Below the pieces are notes generated by a model. That model worked only from the letters and a program-made list of their open reading frames with translations, was not told where the DNA came from and did not search any database. Shown here in pieces: positions 52,718 to 64,000 of a DNA stretch of 64,000 nt. Where the stretch lies: contig JBITNC010000002.1 of the NCBI GenBank assembly GCA_050084985.1, positions 26,412,001 through 26,476,000 of the forward strand, given 5' to 3'. Both the position numbers and the translations under genes were made by a program. Each line of letters opens with the position of its first letter. The first letter of the stretch is position 1. The DNA is from Nageia nagi (lineage: Eukaryota; Plantae; Pinophyta).

Positions 52718-53026
52718 AAATGTAGACGCAACAGATTTTTCCGCTTTGGCCTTTGATTCAGAATATCAAACTTCATAGGGATCTGCTTGATCGATTACCA
52801 TAGTTCTTATATGATCTTATTAACCTCATTTCTCCATTTCAGCATGATTTAGACAGTGAAATTTTCAAAACGAAATGTAGACGCAACAGATTTTTCCGCT
52901 TTGGCCTTTGATTCAGAATATCAAACTTCATAAGGATCTGCTTGATCGATTACCATAGTTCTTATATGATCTTTTCAATCTTTCTTCTCCATTTCAGCAT
53001 GATTTAGACAGTGAAATTTTCAAAAC
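52718..53026. repeat. ~155-bp tandem duplication, highly similar copies
   Basis: AAATGTAGACGCAACAG...GTGAAATTTTCAAAAC at about 52718-52871 and 52873-53026. Confidence 0.95.
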
Positions 53027-55789
53027 TAAAAGAAAACCACTTCCAACATATTACAAAGCTCACAGTAACAACAAAATGTACTTGTTCAAACCATCAACTA
53101 TGTGAGCCATCAAACACTTCTGGCGTTACAAGTTAACAAAGGGCTAAGACAGCCAAGCAAGGAAAGTGTTTTAAACGCACAAATAATGATTGGACTAGCA
53201 TTACTGGATGTTTTAGGATAAGGTGCCCCATTATGTTGTTGGATGGACAAATATTAGAGATTATTCATCAAAAGCATCACTACATCTTTAGATCATCCAT
53301 TTTCTATGTGCGGGCACTGAACACTATTTGAAACTGAAGAGATGGAACTCTTAACTTTGAGATTTTAAGTGTCCTTCAAATGCAACATACATCTTCGAGA
53401 ACAGAACAAGTGTGTGGATCAGTCGGTTTTATGATTCAAAACAGTACAAAAGTATTTACCAGTCCCCCAGGTATGTGCTTGATTGAACAGCATAAAGGAT
53501 ACTGACAAGATTGTTATGGTAAACATTACTGCCCATGGATAAGCATATGTTTATTTTCAACCATCACACGGTATTATATTTTCAAGTCCTATATGAGGAA
53601 GGAATTCCTGAAATCTGTAAAGACAAGATCTAGTAGTTGTTCTGTTTTCTAGACAATATGCTTGGAGGGCACAAGGTCCTAAGTGGTTGTATCTAGTGAA
53701 TTGTCCATGTAGAAAATGGCCAACAAAAATGAGTGGAAGAAATTTAAGTTTACATTTTTGAACGACAATTGGTGTCCTGATGCTAATCATGACATATACC
53801 TTAAAGAACTAAACATTAGCTTCATTAGATATACAAAAATAAATTGTCCCAATGTTGGAGAAATTTAGGAGACATTTGAAAATAAACTTGTCTGCTGAGA
53901 CTTGCTTTTCAAGAGAAACTTCCATTGATGGCATTCAATGTTAGCAAATTCAACCAATCATTTGATACAGGTTACAAGATGACTACTCATTTGCACATGG
54001 CAATATATACATTTAAAACAAAAATGTTCCAAGTAGAGGCCAAGAAGAATACTTGGTGTGTACCATCAAGAAGCAAAAGAGCATCAAGCTTCCACTGCAA
54101 ACTTGGTTACTGTAGGTAAACCATGCACATCAGCATGAGAACTTGGTACCCCTACATGCATGTGTAGCGATAGAATCAGTTCACCACTTCCAAACCAAAC
54201 TAATTAGATGGTGATGGATGAATGGAGACTTGTTGTAAATCTGCAACAGCTTGCCAATCTCTTCTCTATCAGATTCATAGTTCTTTTGCAACGGAGAAGA
54301 AACTTGTCCACTTCCAATTTCATCAGAATTATCAAGACGAAAAGGCCTACCTCTATAATAGTTATGAAACTTGTATTTAGATTTGGAAAAGGCCCAAGTA
54401 TCATACGACCAGTAAAACTTGCAATATTGAGAGACAAATTCCACCCAAGTAGATGAGATGCAGACCATAGAGTTGCAACACAGATTGGTCAGCATGCTAC
54501 TAAATATATTTGAAGAGGCAAACCATCAGAGTAGCAGTGATGATGGTCCTAAGGCATCACTAAAGCACATAACAAGATAGACAAAAACAGAAGTTGTTTA
54601 ATAATGAATTTTGACTCGCTCCATGTTGTTTGATCATGGAAATTGCTTTTATTTTATTTATAATTGATAATGGATGCATCAACGTATTTTTCACTTCATT
54701 ATATTTCTATTACAAAAGAATATAATGATTGTCTAACTTAAAAAAATAATTTCATAAAATGTACTTGAATGCATAATAAAAATTTCATCGTCATATGCAA
54801 GCACTTAACAAAACTGTGCCTTTTTCTATTTTCTCTTTACTTCCAAGGAGTTCATCTGGGTCCTGGCCCTTTTTGTAGCTTAAAAAACGGTCAGACTTTC
54901 TAGTTGTCCCCAACTGTTCCCATCCCCAAAATTTTGTCATACATACAGATTAGGTTTATCTATCTAAAACCCTAACAATCATCTACCTTATTCAAGTTGT
55001 ATCTTTCTTAATCCAATTAATTCTACCAGCCTAGTTGAGGCGAAAGCCAAATTGAAGTATTCCAATCCAATTCAAGGTCTATCATTCTCTAACCCAATCG
55101 AGGTATATCTTCCTAGTTGATATAGAAGTATATCTGACCAAAATGAGGAATATCCCTACATATACCAATTAAGTCCCACCAAACTGATTCATCCATACTT
55201 GCACTTTGTTTCTCTCACCAATTTGAGATCTCTCTCTCCAGGATCTTCAGTTTTGATGGAAGAAGAAACTTAGAGTGGCATGTTGTATCTCCTCCCATCA
55301 TTATCAATCTCCCATGAGCCTTATCAGATCTTGTATTGAGAGATTGATTTATTTATGTCCTAAATTAATGGGCCTAACCTTAATAGCAAAGCAGTAGAGA
55401 ACATTAAAGATTGCATGTTTGTCAATGAATTTGGTGTAACTCATGCTCTATAATAATCTTAGTGGGCCTGTTGTGCATTTATCCTTCCAAAAGCTAACAT
55501 GATATGCTTATGCTCATTGATACAAAACTCGGCAAGTTTTAAAAAACAAGTCGAGTCCATGTCTGAGTCAACCTCACCAAGTCGCTCAAGCTCAACTTGC
55601 TGAGTTTTTTTTTGGGCTTTCTCAGTTTTATTTTTACTCACGAGTTTTTTGTTTCAATTTTTTTTTTTAATTTCAATGAAAAATTGCAATTTCTTTGGGA
55701 TTTCTTTCTCAAGTTTTTGCTAGGTTTTTCCATGTTTTTTTTATAAGTTTGTATCTTGATTCAGACTTGCCGAGTCCAAGTTTCTCTAC

Positions 55790-56205
55790 TATACTTATGC
55801 TTATTCTCTTTCACCAACACCACTCATCACTCCAAGCCTTCCCGCCTTACAGGATTGTTCTAGTAATCATTGGTATGATGAAGAGTGTAAGTCTATGCAT
55901 CAGAGACTCTACTTTGCTGTAGCCCATGACCCTTCATCCATAGTGACCACACGAAGTGATTACCTTTGTCTTCCCAAACAAAAGAACGCGAGTTTTTTGA
56001 ATCCATACAACGTGAGCTCATTGACTCTCTCCACCAAACTCCTAAGATCTTCTAGTGTGCCATCCTCCAAAAATTGCCTCATCCATCTTACATTGTCCCT
56101 TAAGCATGGGTTTCCTATGCTAGTTCTTTTTATGATATCTTTGATCAGCAAGATCTACATGTGTCTTCCCCTTCCTGTTAATTATTCTACCCAATGGGCA
56201 TTCAA
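55790..56205 (+). mobile_element. RTE-X-like LINE ORF2 fragment (left part, interrupted by the Gypsy element)
   Basis: NHWYDEECK EN-RT linker motif near 55865; continues at 63204. Confidence 0.7.
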
Positions 56206-57865
56206 TGTGACGTCCCCCTTGCATAAATGTAATTAATTATGGAATCCAACGGATTCCCATTGTATTATATTTTATTATTGTATTGTGCTTTAAGTTAACA
56301 CTTGGAATAGAAGACTTAATGGGTCATTGAACACCACTATAAGCACCAAGTGGAACGTCTCCCTCCCAAGCATAGATTAGGTGTTTTAATGTACTTGGAG
56401 ATCCCGATCATGATTGTGGGAATCCCAAGGTCTATTTAGCACTTAGATGGATGGATGAGCACTTGTATGCATGCACCAGCCTTGGGGAGACTCCTAGACC
56501 CACATGTTGGCCCATGATAACACCCTACCACCCACACGTGACTCCTAGACCCACGTTAGGCATGTGTGGCACTCCAGACCCCCACGTTAGGCATTTATGG
56601 CTCCTAGATACCCACGTTGGGCATGCCTGACCCCTAGGCCCCCACGTTGCATATTTTGGGCCCCCAAGAGGCTAACGTTGGATTAGAGGGGTAGGGTAAT
56701 GACTCCTAGGTGAGATCCAAATCCTGTAAAGTGTTATATAACGCGTTGAAGCCTCATAGCTGAATATATAAAATATTATTATTATCTTTGATATCGTCCT
56801 GTGGATAAGAGTCTTAGCGCAGCACTAAGCAAACCCCTACATGCAGCATCTAGGAGGATTAACAGGCTAAGGGATCCTGTTAGTCTACGGCATTGGTGTA
56901 GCACCCTTCCCCATTCGGTGGTATTTTGAGGTTGCGCTTCTACCTTCAATGGTTAGCCAAGATTTGAGGAGGGCTCCTTCGGTGGAGAGGATTCAGGTTC
57001 TAATGGAGCAAGATTGTCCCGTCAGTCCATCCAGCTTGAGGATATTCGTTGTGCCCTAGTTTGCTCCTTGGTGGCCAACGTTTATCTCTAGGAGCTTGGT
57101 ATTGTATTGTTGTTCATCATTTATCTTACATACAGCCATTGGGAATTTGGATCTCATGTTATATTGTGTACTTTTCCATTATTGCAACATCATGATTTGA
57201 TTACTCATTCATGCATGTATGAGCTAGACGTTGGCATTCTGAGCTTGTAATAATTGATATTGGTTAGTCTTTGCCAGACGTTGGGTAGTTTGAGTTGTGT
57301 ATGCATAAATTGGATGCCCTAGACCAGACATTAGGGTTTACTTGTGCGTTTTGAGTTGTTTGCACTTGATATTGTAATTGGATCTTTACACTTGTATCAG
57401 AGCTGAAGATCTTGCTGCCTGAGGAAATGGAAGCCAGATCTACAGCCATAGTGATGAAGTCAAAATTCGGAAGGGTGGTTTTCCGCTAACTCCTTCAGAG
57501 GTTCGAAGATAAAAAGATCCCTTCAAAGGAAAGGGTAAGGCTCTTATGGTTCCTAGGCGATCGACATGAGGAGAAGATGTGCAAGAAGAGAGGGCAGATG
57601 TGGGAGCCCAAATCTGTGCCTTCGCACAAGACTCCGCTAAAGATCGAAATCTTGCTCCAGATCTACTGAGGAACCACCAAAGAGTTCCATAGAGACATCA
57701 CCTTCTAGTTATACCAGGATCTTCTGGGTTATGGAGTGGTGGCATGGCAAAAATCCAACGTTGAAGGGCTAGAGGCAGCCAAAACCCCAACATCTAGAAT
57801 AGGGCCACCAGGAAGAGTCAAAAATGCGGATACTCCATTGGATCGAAAGAAGAGGGGTGAGCGGA

Positions 57866-60800
57866 AGTTGTCACTCAGATCCAGTGCCACCAGTAGCAAA
57901 TTAGAGACTGTCACTCAGATGGTATCGGCCAAGAAGATGTGTTATTGTCCGAAAGGGGGAGATTGAGTGGGGCTACGTTTTCACTTTGGCCAAGAGAGGC
58001 TAGGGAGACCAAGGAGCAATTGTTTCAGGTCCAATGCATCCTAGACCAATATCCAAACGTTTTCAAAGATATGCCCAAAGGTTTGCCACCGTACAGGGGG
58101 TTTGAGCACACAATTGAGTTGGAATCGAGAGCCAAACCTATCATGATCACTTCTTATAAGCATTCGAAGATCTATAAGGATGAGATAGAAAAGACAATCA
58201 AGGAGCTGTTGGACATGGAATTCATATGGCCTAGCTCTAGTCCCTTTGCCTCTTCAGTTGTGCTTATCAAGGAGGACGAAACCATGAGGATGTGTATTGA
58301 CTAACGATTGCTCAATAAGAAAACAATCAAAAACAGGTATCCCATTCTTAGAGTAGATGATCTCATTGATGAGTTGCATGGGGCAAGATACTTCTCAAAA
58401 ATACATTTGAGATCTAGGTACCACAAGATAAGGATGAAGGAGGAGGACATACAAAAAACGACATTTAGATGCCACTATGGTCATTTCAGGTTTTTGGTGA
58501 TGCCTTTCGATCTGACTAATGTGCCGACCACCTTCCAGTCAATGATGAACCAAGTTTTCAGAGTGCAGTTGAGGAAGATCATGTTAGTCTTCTTTGATGA
58601 CTTCTTGGTGTACAACAAAATGTGGGATGAACATCTCCATCATCTGGATCACGTTTTGAGGACATTGCAATAACAGAAATTTTATGCCAAACAGTACAAG
58701 TGTGAGTTTGGCATGAGTGAAATTCTATACCTAGGTCACATCATCAACCAAGAGGGAGTTAGGGTGGATGAGCAAAAGATTGCATCTATTCAGGAGTGGC
58801 CAGCACCTACAACTCTAACGCAGCTGAGAGGGTTCTTGGGGCTATGCAACTACTACAAGAGGTTCATACCTGGCTTCTCCAACTTGGCTACCCCCTAACA
58901 CAGTTAACCAAGAAGCATGCATTCGTTTGGACTTTGGAGTGAGAATGCACAAGAGATCACCTTGAAGAACAAGTCAGCCAATTGTGCTGCTATATATGTG
59001 ATGGTGATGGCAAAGAAATGGGCAATTTGGTGAGCCTATCAACCACCACAAAGATACTATCTTTACCTTGCACCTTTGGTAGACCAATGATGAAGTCCAT
59101 GGAGATGTCTTCCCATTTCTGCTGTGGGATGGGCAAAGGCTGAAGTAAACCTGCTAGCTTCACATGCTCCTCCTTGTTTTCTTGGCACTACACACTCCTG
59201 AATGTGCCTCAAAACATCCTACTTCAGTCCCTTCCTTGTGAACCTTTCACTCACTGCCTTGTATGTTTTGGTAATTCCCAAATGACTTGCAAGAGGGGTT
59301 TTGTGAAAAGCATGGAGCACTCTCCCCTTTATTTAAGATTTGGGGTTTAGGAATATCCTATTCCTCTTCAAGATGAGTTCATCCCTAACCATGTACTTCT
59401 TGTTCTTCATCGTCCCACTTAGGATGCCTTGAGCAAACTCATCCTTAGTGTATTTAGCCATCATAGTCTTCTTCCAATCAACAGTGTTAGAAGAGAGCGA
59501 GTAAAAGGATGGGTTTCGGGATAATGCATCAACAACTATATTCTTCTTTCCCTTGATGTATTGGATCTCAAAACCGAGGTATTGAAGCTTACTTACCCAT
59601 CTCTATTGTTTGTCACTCAGGTCTGACTGGTTGAGAAAGTACTTCAAGCTATTGTGGTCACTCTTGATGATGAATGGACCACAAACCAAGTATTGCTTGA
59701 ACCTCTCTTACGTATACATGATGCCCAACATCTCCTTATCATACATGCTGAAATTTTGCTCTGCACTAGACAATTTTCTACTCTCAAATGCAATCGACTG
59801 CCCCTTTTGCATGAGCACAGCTCCAACGCCAAGTTTGGATGCATCACACTCCAATGTGAAAGGGATTGAGACATCTGGGATAGCCAAGCAAGGACAGGAA
59901 CACATGACCCTCTTTAGTGTCTCAAAGGCCTCTTGCGCACTCTCACTCCAAACGAATGCATGCTTCTTGGTCAACTGTGTTAGGGAGGCAGCCAAGTTGG
60001 AGAAGCCAGGTATGAACCTCCTGTAGTAGTTGCATAGCCCCAAGAACCCTCTTAGCTGCGTTAGAGTTGTAGGACTCCTGAATAGATGCAATCTTCTGCT
60101 CATCCACCCTAACTCCCTCTTGGCTAATGATGTGACCCAAGTATAGAATTTCAGTCATGCCAAACTCACACTTGGACTATTTGGCATAAAATTTCTGTTA
60201 TTGCAATGTCCTCAAAACATGATCTAGATGATGGAGATGTTCATCCCACATTTTGTTGTACACCAAGAAGTCATCAAAGAAGACTAACACGAACTTCCTC
60301 AGCTGCACTCTGAAAACTTGGTTCATATTTGACTGGAAGGTGGTCGACGCATTAGTCAGTCCGAAAGGCATCACCAAAAACTCGAAATGACCATATTGGC
60401 ATCTAAATGTTGTTTTTTGTATGTACTCCTCCTTCATCCTTATCTGGTGGTACCTAGATCTCAAATCTATTTTTTAAAAGTATCTTGCCCCTGCAACTCA
60501 TCAATGAGATAATCTACTCTAGGAATGGGATACCTATTTTTGATGGTTTTCTTGTTGAGCAATCGGTAGTCAATACACATCCTCATGATTCCATCCTCCT
60601 TGATGAGCACAACCGAAGAGGCAAAAGGGACTAGAGCTAGGCCATATGAATTCCATGTCCAACAACTCCTTGATCGTCTTTTCTATCTCATCCTAATAGA
60701 TCTTTGGATGCCTATAAGAGGTGATCATGACAAGTTTGGCTCCCGATTCCAACTCAATTGTGTGCTCAAACCCTCGGGACGATGGCAAACCCTTGGGCAT

Positions 60801-61007
60801 ATCTCCAAAAACATTTGGATATTGATCCAGGATGCGTTGGACATCAGACGACTGCTCCTTGGCCTCCCTAGCCTCCCTTGGCCAATGTGAAAACATAGCC
60901 CCACTCAATCTCCTCCTTTCGGACAATAGCACTCATATTCTTGGTCAATACCATCTGAGTGTTCGTCTCTAATCTGCTACAAGTGGCATCGAATCTAAGT
61001 GACAACT
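57866..61007. repeat. Long inverted repeat: arms 57866-58955 (+) and 59930-61007 (-), loop ~975 nt
   Basis: The same RT peptide is encoded on both strands (ORFs 57939-58898 on +; 60932-59943 on -). Confidence 0.95.
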
Positions 61008-61330
61008 AAGGAGATCTCTTGAGCAAGTTCATAAGCCTATTTTGGCAAGAGTTGTTCCAATTGAGTGGCACCAGCCTCACCCCAAGCACTAGCTACCATC
61101 CCCAAATGGATGGGCAAACAAAAATTGTCAATAGGTGGGTGGAGGGGTACTTGAGGCATTATGTGATTGGGCAGCAGCAAACGTGAGTCAAGTGGCTCCA
61201 CGTTGGGGAATATTGCTGTAACTCCACCTATCATGTGTCCATCAAAATGTCTCCCTTCAAAGCTTTGTATGGTTATAATCCTTCTAACTTTACGTACTTG
61301 ATTTTTGATGAATACCAGGATATCATGAGA

Positions 61331-61497
61331 AAAAGGTAAATTATATTAACGTCCACTGGAGACCAACTGATCTATGAGATAGACAACTTGTAGTAGGCTA
61401 TTACATAGCATTATTAGCATGTATGTCTTGTACTAGGAATGGAACACAAGACACAGGTCACAACAAGGTCAACACACGACCAACTCAACCAACAATC
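61331..61497 (-). mobile_element. Short LINE/SINE 3'-end insertion in the Gypsy integrase
   Basis: Interrupts QDIM|(R)TLKENLQ. The minus strand ends ATCTCATAGATCAGTTGGTCTCCAGTGGACGTTAATATAATTT, a variant of the LINE 3' signature. Confidence 0.7.
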
Positions 61498-63203
61498 GAG
61501 ACATTGAAGGAGAACCTACAAATGGCCCAGAACCGATAAAAGAAGTATTATGATCAAAACCGGACGAAGAGGGCCTTTGAGGTAGGAGACATGGTGTACT
61601 TGAGGTTGCAACCATTCCGACAATCTTTACTCAAGAAGAGAAGAGCAAAGAAGCTGCAGCCTAAGTTCTTTGGACCATACAAGATCTTGCACAAGGTAGG
61701 AGAGGCTGCCTACAAGTTGGAGCTTCCCTAGGAGAGAAAGATCCACAACACCTTCCACATCTCACTCTTGAAGAAGGTCGTGGGACAACAAGACGTTTCT
61801 TCCACTACTCTACCCCCACTTGATGATGAGGGACGGCTGGTTTTGGTTCATGAGAGAGTGTTGAAGACAAGGATCAAGAAGCCAAGGTCCAGACAGATTC
61901 AGGAGTATGTGATCAAATGGAGGGATTTGCCAAATGAGGACTCCACATGGGAAGGAACAAAGATACTTGCACATCCTATGTTGAATTGCTTGAAAGCATT
62001 TAATCTTGAGAGGGGAGGCTTTGTGACGTCCACCTTGCATAAAAGTAATTAATTATGGAATCCAACAGATTCCCCTTTGTATTATATTTTATTATTGTAT
62101 TGTGCTTTAAGTTAACACTTGGGATAGAAGACTTAATGGGTCATTGGACCCCACTGTGAGCCCCAAGTTGTACGTCTCCCTCCCAAGCATAGATTAGGTG
62201 TTTTAATGTATTTGGAGATCCCGATCATGATTTAAAAATCCCAAGGTCTATTTAGCACTTAGGTGGATGGATGAGAACTTGTATACATGCACCAGCCTTG
62301 GGGAGACCCCTAGACCCCCACATTGGCCCATGATAACACCCTAGCACCCACGCATGACTCCTAGACCCACATTAGGCATGAGTGGCACTCCATACCCCCA
62401 CGTTGGCATTTATAGCTAATGGATACCCACGTTGGGCATGTTTGACCCCTACGCCCCCACGTTGGACATTTTGGCCCCCAAGAGGCTAACGTTGGATTAG
62501 AGGAGTCGAGTAAATGACTCCTATGTGAAATCTAGATCCAATAAAATGTTCTATAAGGCGTTGGAGCCTCATAGCTGGATATACAGAATATTATTATTAT
62601 CTTTGATATCATCCTGTAGACAAGAGTCTTAGCGCAGCGCTAAGCAAACCCCTAGGTGCAGCATCTAGGAGGATTAACAGGCTGACGGATCCTGTTAGTC
62701 TACGGCATTGGTGTAGCACCCTTGCCCATCCAGTGGTATGTTGAGGTTGTGCTTCTACTTTCAGTGGTCAACCAGGATTTGTGGAGGGCTCCTTCAAGGG
62801 AGAGGATTCAGGTTCTAAGGGAGCAAGACTATCTCGTCTGTCCGTCCAGCTTGAGGATATTCTTGTGCCCTAGTTGGCTCCTTGGAGGCCAACGTGCAGC
62901 TCTGAGAGCTTGGTATTGTATTGTTGTTCATCATTTATCTTACATACAGCCATTGGGCATTTGGATCTCATGTTATATTGTGTCTTGCCCATTATTGCAA
63001 CGTTGTGGTTTGATTACTCATTCATGCGTGTATGAGCCAGACGTTGGCATTGTGAGCTTGTAATAATTGATATTGGTTAGTCTTTGCTAGACGTTGGCTA
63101 GTTTGTGTAGTGTATGCATAAATTGGATGCCCTAGACCAGACGTTAGGGTTTACTTGTGTGTTTTGAGTTGTTTGCACTTGATATTGTAATTGGATCTTT
63201 ACA

Positions 63204-64000
63204 TTTAGTGAGCTATTTGGAAGCTATGCACTATCATAGTAGCATATTATGAAGGACTTCATGTTCAGTTCCTCAAATATGGTGTGGACTTTGCCTCTCT
63301 CCTTACAAAGTTGTTTAATGAGATTATTTAGTTAAGGTTTCCCCCTTCTTCGTCATAGCATATCATTCATCCCATTCACAAGTCAAGGGATAGATAAGCC
63401 CAAACAACTATAGAATTATCATGATTGGGCACACATTTTGCTGAACTTTATGCCACTATGTTGGTCCTGATGTTGTCAAACCACTTGGAGTGTGGTCATC
63501 ATAGGGCACAAGGCCAAGTTGGCTTTAAGAGAAACATCCAAACTATGTTCCATATCTTCACATTGTAAGCTATCATTGTGAAGGCTTGTCAGAGGTCTTC
63601 TTGAGTCTTTTGTTGCTTTATGAACTTCAAGAAGGCCTTTGACACTATCCTATGACGCTTCTCCAAAAACTACATACCACTTGTCTCTCAAATACCTTCA
63701 TTATTGCCATCATGAGGCTCTATGAAACGGTCATTGGTAGATTCAAGACTACACATGGACTCTTTGACACTATCAAGAGTACCATTGATATCAAACAAAG
63801 ATGCCCCCTCTCACCACCTCTTTTCAACACTAGCATAAACAACCTTTAGGATTTTCTTTAGCTACACATTCACACAACAATAGTTGTTCTTGCATAATGT
63901 TTGGATAGCTATATTGCTCGTTGCAGATGATGTGACCCTCCTTTCTCACTCCCCTAAGGGCCCCCAAGGACAATAGGATGCACTCGCTCGCTTTTGTGAC
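63204..64000 (+). mobile_element. RTE-X-like LINE reverse transcriptase (decayed); runs off the window
   Basis: Motifs IHPIHK, PNNYRIIMIGH, GQVGFKR, NFKKAFDTI, KQRCPLSPPLF and LLVADDV. Confidence 0.88.

Larger units (their letters stand above)
56206..63203 (+). mobile_element. Ty3/Gypsy chromovirus, two LTRs, internally deleted and rearranged
   Basis: LTRs 56206-57390 and 62022-63203 (TGTGACGTCC...TTTACA); PBS TTGTATCAGAGC at 57392; PPT GAGAGGGGAGG. Contains RT (VFFDD), RNase H (ECDASKLGVGAVL), integrase and chromodomain (EYVIKWRDLPNEDSTWE). TSD TTCAA/TTTAG matches 3/5. Confidence 0.95.

Noticed and set aside
52425-53502. U12-like donors ATATCCTC (52432-52425) and GTATCCTTT (53502-53494) on the minus strand
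   Set aside because: No PurL-coding sequence precedes either, so they are likely chance matches.
53557-53609. Exon-like segment TTTCAG|EFLPHIGLENIIPCDG on the minus strand
   Set aside because: No similarity to the expected upstream PurL peptide (HDRMTECVY...) in any frame, and the donor is weak.
54181-54495. Possible LINE ORF1 (DUF4283-like) remnant; similarly weak L1-like traces at 23400-24350 and 34560-35160
   Set aside because: Resemblance is too weak to support without an HMM search.

Overview
AT-rich, repeat-dense eukaryotic DNA typical of a very large land-plant genome (gymnosperm-like by inference; the species cannot be determined). The only recognisable host gene is an internal part of FGAM synthase (PurL/PUR4/PFAS) on the minus strand. 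It appears as 10 small exons (54-127 nt) in three clusters (51.5-50.5 kb, 33.0-32.7 kb, 23.0-22.4 kb), separated by 17.5-kb and 9.7-kb introns; I found neither end of the gene in the window. This copy has two apparent lesions: a 1-nt deletion in one exon and no AG acceptor on another. The rest is nested, decayed transposable elements: Copia, Gypsy/chromovirus, solo LTRs, RTE-X-like LINEs, hAT-type elements and a TRIM. The most notable structures are (i) a ~7.2-kb LTR-like block carrying its own ~1150-codon non-gag/pol gene, (ii) a chromovirus with a ~1.08-kb internal inverted duplication able to form a long hairpin, (iii) a ~290-bp TRIM whose LTRs have tRNA geometry, and (iv) a LINE 3'-end stem-loop that keeps its pairing across seven copies. 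All coordinates were read by eye and identities are rough estimates.
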